NCBI GenBank assembly: GCA_963726245.1
Contig: CAVSBT010000013.1
Coordinates: forward strand, 1 to 29,915
Source of the DNA: an uncultured Chloroflexia bacterium
GTDB taxonomy: Bacteria > Chloroflexota > Dehalococcoidia > DSTF01 > JALHUB01
DNA: 29,915 nt
Reading direction: 5' to 3'
The translations under genes and the position numbers were made by a program. Below, in pieces: positions 10,353 to 19,948 of this stretch. Each line of letters begins with the position of its first letter. The stretch's first letter is position 1. Under the pieces are notes generated by a model. That model saw only the letters and a list, made by a program, of their open reading frames with translations. It was not told the origin of the DNA and did not search any database.

Positions 10353-10964
10353 CTACTTGCCCTGCACCAGAGAGAGGAACTCCGAGCGGCTGAGGGCGCT
10401 GCGCTGGAACTGGCCGCGCATCGCCGAGGTGACCACGCGGCTGCCCGGCTTCTTCACGCCCCGGAAGCTGAGGCAGAGGTGCTCCGCCTCCACGACCACG
10501 GCCACGCCGTCGGGCTTCAGCGTCTCCAGGATGCAGTCGGCCACCTGGCTGGTCAGCCGCTCCTGGAGCTGCGGACGCCAGGCAAAGGCGTCGACCACCC
10601 GCGCGAGCTTACTCAGCCCCACCACGCGTCCGTTGGGGACGTAGCCCACGTGGACGCTGCCCAGGAAAGGCAGAAGGTGATGCTCGCAGAGGGAGTGGAA
10701 GGGGATGTCCTTCAGGATCACCATCTCGTCGTGGCGCTCCTCGAAGCCGACGCGCAGGATCTCGTAGGGGTCGACAGCCAGGCCGGCGAAGAGCTCGGCG
10801 TACATCTTGGCGACGCGGTGGGGGGTCTGTCGCAGCCCCTCGCGCTCCAGGTCCTCGCCGATGGCCTCGAGGATCTCGCGCACCGCCGCCGCGATGCGGT
10901 CCTGATCGACCGCGCACCGCTCAGTGGGCGCCGCCGTGTCTGTTGTCCGACGCGGGCTGCTCAA
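10353..10964 (-). CDS. folE: GTP cyclohydrolase I
   Basis: Motifs SLCEHHLLPF, GLSKLAR, QLQERLT and EAEHLC..RG. The start codon is uncertain. Confidence 0.95.
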   Translation of the reverse strand: MSSPRRTTDTAAPTERCAVDQDRIAAAVREILEAIGEDLEREGLRQTPHRVAKMYAELFAGLAVDPYEILRVGFEERHDEMVILKDIPFHSLCEHHLLPFLGSVHVGYVPNGRVVGLSKLARVVDAFAWRPQLQERLTSQVADCILETLKPDGVAVVVEAEHLCLSFRGVKKPGSRVVTSAMRGQFQRSALSRSEFLSLVQGK

Positions 10965-11027
10965 TTCCGTGCGCTTGACCTCACTCTGAGAGCAAGACCG
11001 CCCTGCGCGGGCGGCGTAGATAGGCCT

Positions 11028-11041
11028 GCCTGCCGGCAGGC
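11028..11041. repeat. Short GC-rich palindrome
   Basis: GCCTGCCGGCAGGC is a perfect palindrome; a one-mismatch copy (GCCTGCCGACAGGC) lies at 5100-5113. Confidence 0.5.
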
Positions 11042-11072
11042 GCGAGGCGAACCACGAACAAGCCTAGCACTA

Positions 11073-11200
11073 ACAGTCTATCATAAAGGAATCTGCAAGC
11101 TAGTCTACAGACTAGCTCTATTTATCTCGCAATTGCTCACGAATGCGAGGCAAGTCTATTTAGGTGCATCTGGGGAAGTGCTAGAACTCCGCGATGAAGG
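11073..11200 (+). repeat. 128-bp direct repeat, copy 1
   Basis: Matches 28261-28388 with 5 mismatches by manual alignment. Confidence 0.95.
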
Positions 11201-11431
11201 GACGATGCGCTGGCTGGGAACGTATTCGGTGATGGTCAGCGTGTCCTCGTTGCGGCCGAACTGGTGACCGACTGACCTGAACGTCGCACCCTGGCCGATA
11301 GGCCCTTGTGACGTCTTCTCCACCTGGAGCTTGTGTTCCTCTTTGCTCCACTCAGGGTGCTTGGTGATGTCCGCCAGATAGGCGAACACCTTCTCAGCCG
11401 GTGCGTTGATCGTGATTTGTTGCTTGGGCAC
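11156..11431 (-). pseudogene. Truncated SRPBCC (START/polyketide cyclase) family gene
   Basis: The N-terminus ITINAPAEKVFAYLADITKHPEW is SRPBCC-like; the fold-like sequence ends at the repeat edge (11200/11201). Confidence 0.75.
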
Positions 11432-12305
11432 CTACGGTCTCCTTTCCGCTGCGCTCCTCCCGCTGCCTCTTGTAGAACTCCAGCTCCTCCGAGTACTGAT
11501 AGGGCAGCTCCGGAGACCTCCAGTTCGCGACCGGCTTTCCGGCGTTCAACTTGGTCCGCAGATAGTCGGATGCCATCACGCTGAAGGGTTTCGCCTTGTC
11601 CAGGCCCAGCGCGCGCAGGTTCTCCGCCATGCGGTGCTTCGTGGGCGCGACTTTGACCTGGGCCCGCTTGCACCGGGAGTGTCTCACCTTGCCATTAGTC
11701 TGCACCACTGTCCGCAGGATCTTGTCGTCGTGGTTGCTGAACGTCACCATATCGAACGGCCGGCCCGAGAAACCCACGCCGCTCTCCGCGTCGACCGCGA
11801 CAATCGGCTCCTGCGAATCGGGGTCGAGCACGCTGAACTTGAATCGGTTGCCGGACACCTCGCTCGGTATCTGCGTGAGGAACTTCGGATAGCCCCAGAT
11901 CTCACGACCGCCGGACCGCGCTTCCGGGATGGTTACCACCATCTCGACAACGTACACGCCCATGTTCTGCCAGCGGTTCTCGCCCTTGGCGAACATGAGC
12001 CTCAGCGTCGGCCACGATGGCTTGGCCATCGCATGCGGGTACACGCTGACCGACAGCACCACCTCGTCGTAGGCGGTGAGGCTCACCTCCTGATAGTTGA
12101 ACCACGTCAGCGACGTGAGCACCTTCCTGTTGAAATAGCGGAGCGGCAGCAACCCCGTTTCCTTTACGACCGGAAGCACGCGGTCGTACTCGACGAAGTA
12201 GTTGATGGTCCGCATCCGCAGCCGCTGGTAGAACACCGGGAGCTGGACGACGCCGGTCGACGTCGTGTAGTCGGTTTGGGGAACGTCGAAGAAATCGCTT
12301 CTCAT
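11394..12305 (-). CDS. Acetoacetate decarboxylase-like family protein
   Basis: GREIWGYPK Schiff-base lysine motif and YDEV motif. Confidence 0.8.
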   Translation of the reverse strand: MRSDFFDVPQTDYTTSTGVVQLPVFYQRLRMRTINYFVEYDRVLPVVKETGLLPLRYFNRKVLTSLTWFNYQEVSLTAYDEVVLSVSVYPHAMAKPSWPTLRLMFAKGENRWQNMGVYVVEMVVTIPEARSGGREIWGYPKFLTQIPSEVSGNRFKFSVLDPDSQEPIVAVDAESGVGFSGRPFDMVTFSNHDDKILRTVVQTNGKVRHSRCKRAQVKVAPTKHRMAENLRALGLDKAKPFSVMASDYLRTKLNAGKPVANWRSPELPYQYSEELEFYKRQREERSGKETVGAQATNHDQRTG

Positions 12306-12630
12306 GGCGAACCTCCTGCGGTTGTCCGGACATGACGCCTTCTTTGCGTCGGTCAGCCAAGAATGTCACCGGCGTCCGCAGCCGTCAAGGCCGCGCGTGT
12401 CAGGAGGGTGGCGACCAGCGTCCGGCGCACTGACGGCGATCCTCGCTGCTGGGCTGACGTGCCAAGCCAGCCTCCACAATTCTCTAAGCCTCCCTTAGCA
12501 TACACAACATCCTGCATGTTTTTTCATTTGACCCGCAATCATGTCACCTACTATCCTCTTCCCGTCTGAAAGCGGCTTCCTATCTTCGATGGAAAGGAGA
12601 TTCCGGGTCAGACCGAAAGGGGGAAGGGCT

Positions 12631-13116
12631 ATGCCGGAGGAAAAGCTGCCGGAATGGTTCGAGAAGGACTTCTTCCTGCACGACAAGCAGCAGCGGAGCT
12701 GGGACGAACTGGAGGTCGGTGAGGAGTACGAGACGGTGCCCTTCACCGTCACCGCGGAGAGGATAGCGAAGTATGTCGAGGGTACCGAGGATTACAACCC
12801 GGTGTTCTGTGACGAGGAAGCCGCAAAGGATTCGCAGTTCGGAGGGATGATCGCTCCCCCCACCATCGTGGTCCCCATAGTCTTCGCGACCACCCCACCC
12901 GATATATGGATAAAGATGCCGGGGGCGATCAACCCGGGGCAGAAGCTGGAGTTCGGCGTCCCTGTGAGGCCGGGAGACACCGTCCGTTGCATGGCGAGGC
13001 TGACCGACAAGTACATCAAGAGGGGCAGGAAATACGCCATGAGCCGGATGCAGATACTGAACCAGAGGGACGAGGTGGTGTGCGTCTGGACCGGCGGGCT
13101 CATCCTGCCGCGCTGA
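12631..13116 (+). CDS. MaoC/hot-dog dehydratase, HadA-like partner subunit
   Basis: Motifs DYNPVFCDEEAAK, APPT and PVRPGD. ATG at 12631 chosen as the more likely start. Confidence 0.8.
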   Translation: MPEEKLPEWFEKDFFLHDKQQRSWDELEVGEEYETVPFTVTAERIAKYVEGTEDYNPVFCDEEAAKDSQFGGMIAPPTIVVPIVFATTPPDIWIKMPGAINPGQKLEFGVPVRPGDTVRCMARLTDKYIKRGRKYAMSRMQILNQRDEVVCVWTGGLILPR

Positions 13117-13138
13117 ATCCGGGGAAGGAGGTGGCGAT

Positions 13139-13582
13139 ATGACCGAGAAATTGCGTTTCGACGAGATAGAATTGGATTACGAGATCCCTCCGCAGAGCAA
13201 GGGGATCAACCAGGAGAAGATAACCAGGAACGCCGAGGCCTCGCTCGATTACAATCCCATCCACATAGACCCGGAGTATTGCAGGAAGATAAACCTTCTG
13301 GGTAAGGGCACGACCATTGCCCACGGCATGATGACTTTGTCTTTCATGGGGAAGATCGTCACGGATTGGGCCTATCCGGCCGGCGGGTATATGAAATCCT
13401 TGGAGGGCAAGTTCACGGCTCCGGTGAGACCGGGAGAAGAGATAACCGTTCACGCGGTGGTGACCGAGAAGCACTATATGGCCAAGAAGGAGGACAACTT
13501 CGTCGTCCTGGACGTATGGTGCGAAAAGCAGGACAAGACCAAGGTCTCCGTCGGGAGGGCCTCGGCCGTGATCCCCCACTGA
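13139..13582 (+). CDS. MaoC family dehydratase, catalytic (HadB-like) subunit
   Basis: Hydratase motif DYNPIHID, plus IAHGM and FTAPVRPG; AAGGAGG RBS. Confidence 0.85.
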   Translation: MTEKLRFDEIELDYEIPPQSKGINQEKITRNAEASLDYNPIHIDPEYCRKINLLGKGTTIAHGMMTLSFMGKIVTDWAYPAGGYMKSLEGKFTAPVRPGEEITVHAVVTEKHYMAKKEDNFVVLDVWCEKQDKTKVSVGRASAVIPH

Positions 13583-13608
13583 GCATGGAGGGTCGGACGC
13601 GAAGCCTG

Positions 13609-13807
13609 CCGCGAGTGGTACGAGTCGGTACTGATGCCCCGCCTTGGGCCGACGGCGATCGTCGGGCTGCTCTTCACCATCGTGGTCATGTTCGCACTCA
13701 AAGAGGAGTACATCCTTGATATGCCGCTCGACGTGCTGCGAATAGCGGGTCCGCTGCTCCTCTATTTCCTGATCATGTTCAGTGTCTCGTTTTTCATGTC
13801 CTGGCGG
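13609..13807 (+). pseudogene. acr3: Internal fragment of an Acr3 arsenite efflux transporter
   Basis: REWYESVLMPRLGPTAIVGLLFTIVVMFALK...DVLRIAGPLLLYFLIMF resembles the mid-region of Acr3; both termini are missing. Confidence 0.75.
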
Positions 13808-14116
13808 GGTGTTGAGCCCAATGCGCACACGTACGGCCCGCTCAGGCTCCCGCCGGTTGCGTCCTGGTATCGCCCTCTGGATATCGACCGCGCAGGCGAC
13901 AGCCCTTCGCGCGGAGGTGAAGGCGACCATTAGGCCATCGCCAGTGTGCTTGACCTCTTGCCCGCGATGCCGGGTGATCTGCTGGCGGACCAGCTCGTCA
14001 CAGGCGCGCAGCACCTCGCGGGCGGCGTCGTCGCCGAGCCGTGTCGTGAGGTCAGTGGACCCTTCGCAATCCGTGAAGAGGACTGTGACCGTGCCTTCGG
14101 AGAGCTCTTGTGTCAC
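13808..14116 (-). pseudogene. Truncated class III nucleotide cyclase gene (gene D)
   Basis: Motifs TVLFTDCEGST, KHTGDG and VRIGLNT, then an abrupt end. The GTG start overlaps the upstream TGA. Confidence 0.85.
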
Positions 14117-17100
14117 GACCCGATCTCCCCCAGCATCTCCTCCGCCATCTCCACGTGCTTGGGCATGCCGATCCGGCGGTACATGGCGATGGCTCTCCGT
14201 GAGGAGCTCGCGCGCCTTCTCGCGGTCGCCGGGGGCGTCGCGGTCGATGAGCATGCGGGCGTACCAGCGCCGCACCTCCGGCTGCTCGATGACGACCGGC
14301 AACTCGTGGGCCTGGCGCAGGGCCGTCTGGTAGTGCTCCTCCGCCTTCTCCCACTGGCCGCCGGCCGCGGCCGCCATGCCGGCCAGAGACTGAAATAGCC
14401 CCGCGGCCAGTACACGAGGGCACCGGAATTGACAGCCTCTAGCACCAGGGGGTAGAGCTTCGCGGCCTCCTCCCGTTCCCCGAGGACGGCCAGCCCTTCG
14501 ACCGCCGCGAAGAGCATCGCCCAGGCGCCCCAGATGTTGGCGCGGCCGGGGCGCGGAAGGCCCTCCCGCCGCTCCTCGAGCGCGGCCAGGGCTGCGTCCT
14601 TGTCGCCCATGTACGCCTGGCACATGAACAGCCCGGCCCAGTCGTAGCCGGCCAGCATGCCGGGGGGCTCGAGCCTGGCGGCCTCCCGGAAGCTCTCCAG
14701 CGCCTGGTCCCAGCGGCCCCTCCAGAAGTGCGCCAGGCCAAGGTAGGTGTAGGAGTTGGAGATCCAGGGCATGCCGGCGCTGCGGCAGAGCTCCAGGTCT
14801 GCCCTGGCGAACTCCTCGAACCTGTCGATGTCGCCCGTCAGGCTGAGATTCGTTGACGCCGCTACCGCGCCTGACCGCCATGAGGGCGCCCAGGTGGCCC
14901 AGGCGGATGGCCAGGCCCTCCGCCTCCTCGGCCATCCTGGCGGCTTCATCGAAGCGGCCGAGGAAATGAGGGCGTACTGGGTGTACCACAGCGTGTCGGC
15001 CAGAGCCCAGAGGTCGCCGGCGGAGCGCAAGAGCTCGGCCGCTCGCAGGCCGGCGTCGACCGCTTCCCGCGGCTGCAGGTACCACACGTGAACCTGGGCC
15101 TTCATTGAGAGGACCAATCCCAGGAGGTGCCGGTCGCCCAGCTCCTCGGCCATGGCGAGCCCCTCAGTGAGCATTGCGTCGCCGCCGGCGTAGTCTCCGC
15201 CGAGGCTGAGCTCCCATCCGGCCGCGGCGGCGAGGCGGCAGCGGTCGACGCTCACCTGTTGGCCCAGCGCGCGAAGGCCGCGGCGGGCGACCTCCACCGC
15301 TTCGTCCCAGCGGGCTGCCCAGCCCAACTGGGCGGACAATTCGTAGCAGACGCGGGCCACCGCCTCGGCGTCGTCCAGCTCCTCGTAGGCGGCCAGCGCC
15401 TCCCGCCAGTCGGCCAGCGCCTCCTCCCAGCGGCCCAGGCTGCGCAGGGCCAGCCCCCGCTTGTACAGGAGGTCGGCCCGCGTGCGCTGGTCGTCGGCCG
15501 GATAGTAGGGAGAGGGCGTCATCGTAGTGGCGCAGGGCGTCCTCGAAGGCCGCTGCCTCCATGGCCTGATCGCCGGCCAGCGCCAGGTAGCGCACCGTCT
15601 TCTCGGGGTCGGCGGCGGCCCCGGCCTGGTTGAGGTGGTAGGCCAGGTCGGCGGCGTGCTCTTCGATGGACCGGGAGTAGGCCCGCTCGATGGCTTCCGC
15701 CACCCGCAGGTGCAGCCGCTGACGGCGGGGCAGGGAGAGGCCGCTGACCAGCGTCTGGCGGATCAGCTCATGCGCGAAGGTGAAGCGGGCCTCGCGGAGG
15801 CCGTCGGCGGGGCCGTCTGAGGCGGTGATGAGGTGGGCCCGCTCGGCCTCGTCGACGGCGTCCAGCAGGGTCGACATCCAGGCTGCCCTGAGCCTGCCGA
15901 AGGGTCGCCCAGCGCCTCCAGCAGCTCGAAGCTGAAGCCGCGGCCGATGACGGCGGCGGCGGTGAGTACCCGCCGGCAGTCCTCGCTGACTCGCTTGAGT
16001 CGGCGTCCGATGACCAGGCGGACCCCCTCGGCACGTCCAGCTCGGCGACCTTGAGGTCGGACCGCCAGCGGCCTTCAGCATCAAACAACTTTCCCTCCTC
16101 TGCCAGGTGCTGGAACACCTCCTCCACAAAGAAGGGGTTGCCCTCCGTCTCGCGTAGACGCGCCTGACCAGCGAGGCCGGCGGCTCCTGGCCGCTCAAGG
16201 CCCGCAGCATGGCCGCCACGCCTTCCTCGGGCAGGCGCCTGAGGGACCAGTATGGGTCAGACGGTGGCGGTGGAGCTCTTCCAGGGCCCTGGCCAGCGGA
16301 CGGTCCACGTCCAGCTCGACGTCTCGGTAGGTGCCCAGGATGAGGACGAGGCATCTCGCGGATCTGCTGAGCGATGTGCTGGAGAAGCAGCAGGGTGGAG
16401 CTCGTCAGCCCAGTGCAGGTCGTCCAGGACCAGGAGCAGCGGCTGGGCTCGGCCGGCCCGCGCCAGGAACTCGCGCATGCCGTTGAACAGGTAGCGGCGC
16501 TCCTGTTCCGGCGGCAGCTCCAGGCGGCTGCGGGATGTCTGGGAAGAGGCGGCGCAGCTCCGGCAGCAGCTTGGCCACCTCGGGCGCCGAATCGCCCAGG
16601 GCGTCGCGAAGCGCCTCGCGGCGGGACCAGGCGGGCGGCACCCTCGAGCATCTCCACAAAGGGGATGTAGGGAGGCGCGCCCTCCATCTCGTAGCAGTGC
16701 CCGATTAGGGCCGTCATGCCTCTCTGGCGGGCCTCCAGCAGCAGCTCCTGGGCGAGGCGCGTCTTGCCCACGCCGGGCTCGCCGCCGATCATCACCAGCG
16801 CGCCCCGACCACGAGCCGCTTGGCCAAGAGAGCGCCGCAGCTCGGCCTGCTCGGCCTCGCGCCCCACGAAGGGCGTGCGCTCCGCGAGGGTCGGCACGGC
16901 GGCGGTAGGGGCCTCCTCCTGCCAGACGACCTCGTACAGGCGCCAGCGTTCGGGGAAGCCCTTGAGGCGGAAGCGGCCGCGGTCGACCAGTTCCACGTTC
17001 TTGGGACGCCCCAGGACCGCCCGCACAGCCTCGGATATCAGTATCTGGCCGCCCTTGGCCTTGGCTGCGATGCGGGCAGCGGCGTTCACCGCCTCCCCAA

Positions 17101-17442
17101 ACAGGTCCGCCTCCTCCTGGATGGCCTCTCCCGTGTTCAGGCCGATGCGCACCTGTACCTGGTGGTCGAGGTTGCTGCCGGTTGTGCTCCTCGAGCGCCC
17201 GCTGGATGGACGACGGCGCAGGCCACGGCACGCCGCGCCGACCCGAACGCCACCATGAAGCCGTCACCTATCGACTTCACCTCGCAGCCGCTGTGCTGCC
17301 CCACTTGCTGCCGCACCAGCTCGCGCTGAGCGCGGAGGATCGCGTGGGCGACATCGTCGCCCCGGCGTGTCGTCAGGTCAGTGGAGCCCTCGACATCCGT
17401 GAATAGGACAGTAATGGTGCCTTCAGGAAGCTCCTGGACCAT
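14113..17442 (-). CDS. Cyclase - STAND/AAA_16 NTPase - TPR-like protein (gene C, frameshifted)
   Basis: Cyclase motifs FTDVEGST, KSIGDG and DLFGEAVNAAAR; Walker A GEPGVGKT; Walker B LVLDDLHW; GNPF; FAHELIR; helical repeat tail. Confidence 0.88.
15883..15904. repeat. Second copy of the small coding-inserted repeat
   Basis: The minus strand reads CCCTTCGGCAGGCTCAGGGCAG and encodes an extra PSAGSGQ in the NTPase region. Confidence 0.65.
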
Positions 17443-17486
17443 GGGAACGAATCCTCACCGCGTGAGCGAACCAGATTCTCCGTTAT

Positions 17487-19888
17487 TCACGGCCTCGTGC
17501 CGGGCCACGCCTCCCTGCCTCCAGCAAAGGTGGCGGTGAAGATCTTCGCGGGCTCGCTGGTCTCCTCCACATTGGGCACACTGGAGCCGGCCATGCTGCC
17601 ATACCCTGCGGGCACATAGAGGACGAAATCGAGCGGTTCTCGCTCCCCGTTCAACACCTCGGTCACGTATCTGTGGGCACCTTCTGGGTCGGGCTGGCTG
17701 CGTATCTTGCCCGCGTGGCGGCCGTCATTCTGCGTGAGGTCAGCGTAGCGGAACGCCTGACAGTAGAGGCTCGGAAAGCCCACTTTGTTCGGAAACCCCG
17801 CGCCGTATATTGCGACGCCGACTTGGACATACGATGCGAGCTGGAAGCTTGGCCATTTGCCTTTGCCCCAGGTCAAGGAAGGGAAGAACGGGTCGGGCGC
17901 CTCCAGCTCAAGCTGCGACATGGTATGGGCCGCTAGACAGGCCGGGCCATAGGAGAACTCCTCGTACACATCGTGCCCGTCCGAGTTCCACATTGAATTG
18001 GCGCATTTCAGCATCGTGGAATTCACCGTGAACTGTCCTCGGAGGTAACCCAGCTTCTCTGCGCCCATCGTGGCTATCCATCTGCCCAAGATGAAGAGAG
18101 CGGACACTCCAGATGCCCTTCTTCCCAGCCTCCTCGTAGCTGACGGCACCGTCCCCATCATCGTCGAAGGCTGCTAGGAAGTCCTTCTTCAAGGATGAGC
18201 CCGTCAACGCATCCACAGCCTCGAAGTAGCTGAGGGCGGTACGCTGCAGGTCCCAGGGTAACTTGTAGGCATCGAAGTACAGGGTACTGCTGATAAGGTC
18301 GGAGAAAGCGTCCTCACTGATCGTCCCCAGGTGACCGCGCAGGGAAGCAACCGGCCGATTGGTCACTGCGTCCCCACCCACTACGTAGTACTTCCTCTTG
18401 CCTAGACCTCTCCTCTCCGCGTAGCGGAAGGACGTGTCACGGGACAGGGGACAATCGAATCCGATCCGGGTCACGATGCTGGCGTCTTCCACCGTGGGTA
18501 CCGGCACGCGCTGGGGGAAATGGCCACCATTGCCGTCGTCTAGACCAGCCTCCTCGGCCTCCTTGAGGGGGACGTTGCTGAACATGTATCGCGCACACAG
18601 GAGATCGGTGGCCACCGGATCGATGCCCGCGAAGACAAGGCCCTCGGGCACCTTCACGCCTGGCAGCACGCCCTGGTGGTCCAGGTTGACCGCCTCGATG
18701 GCATCGACGACATGCAGCATGAAGATGTCCTGGCTAGTAACCGCTTTGATGATGTCGACCATCGTTCCACAGATGCCGGCCGTCTCGTGCACCACGTATT
18801 GACCATTGGAATCCCTTCTTGGGAGGTCACTGCGAGGATCAATGTCGGCGACCCATACCTGGTGGGGTATGCCAGCCTTTGACTCCTGGCAGAGCGGTGT
18901 GAGGAAAGCCGTAGTCCCACTGGAAACGTCCTACCCTAGCCGCCTGCATCGGGTACAGCCCTATTCCAAGGTTCTTGATCACGTTGGTGAAGAGGGTAAT
19001 GGCGTGGACTTTCAACTTGGGCACGTTGATCAGTATGCACCCGGGATACGCCTTCATGTCCTCAGGGTTGTCTGGGTCCCCGCCCACGACCGCCTTGTGC
19101 AAAGTGATGGACTTGAAGTTGGCGCCATCGGTCACCTCTATGTCCCTGCCCTTGGTCATGTCGTCGAAGATGCGGTTGAGGTCATACACCAGCAGTCTGT
19201 CCCCGGCCTCCCCAGGTGGGAGATACGTCCCGGCTACGCTTTCCTCGTGGCCCTCCATCGGGTCATCGCTATGGGACGAGGGGTGGCTCTCGGCCAGGTA
19301 CTTGCGGACAAAGTAGAACCCCCAGCCCCCATAGGAATCGCCAGCCTTGCCCTCCATCACGGCCTCGGCGGTCACCGGCGGAGCTTCCGGGTTCAGCATC
19401 GAATAGAGGCCCGCGGCTGCCGCCATGACGCTGGCAGCCTCCCCCAAAGCCATCTGGTGGTAGCTGACCTCCAGCTTGTCGTGGAACCACCTCATAAGGG
19501 CTGCCACGAAGGGCCATTCGGTGCACGCCGTGCTCCCCATGGCAGGGCCATGCGTCTGTGGGTCTATGTTGAGTGGGTTAACGAGGTTGGGCTTGAAGAG
19601 CAGCTTCTGTCCTTTGGCCGCCCTTGCAGCTATCTCTCGCCCGAATCCGGTCTCGGCATCCAAAGGGGCGAGCGCCAAGTCAAGGCTCTGGTACGTATAG
19701 TCTATCTTGGCCTTGATCTTCTGCCAGGCCTCGCCACTGGAATGGTTGATGTACTCCTGCAGAAGCTCGCTGATGCCAGTGTAGGATCTCGTCGCATCCA
19801 TTCGGACGACGCCCACAGGCGAGCCAGCGGCATCCAGCTTGCGCCTGCCGATGGGCGAATTCACTGACATACCCTTGATCAGAGCCAT
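17487..19888 (-). CDS. Large DUF362-domain protein with an EF-hand-like loop (frameshifted, about 800 aa)
   Basis: Motifs LLFKPNLV, INVPKLKVH..FTNVIKN and GIDPVATD; DDDGDGAVSYEE loop; AGGAGG RBS. Confidence 0.75.
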
Positions 19889-19948
19889 TGTCAGCCTCCT
19901 ATCGACAAGAGTGACCGTTTCGGCACTGCTGGATGCGCGGCTCCATGG

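Noticed and set aside
13100-15085. 661-aa ORF as a single fusion protein
   Set aside because: It is a chimera of an off-frame part of gene C, the truncated cyclase D and antisense acr3/MaoC sequence.
19891-19948. Gene B extending to 19891 as in the ORF track
   Set aside because: The conserved cyclase end LKG...VYEVVW* lies in another frame and stops at 19949.
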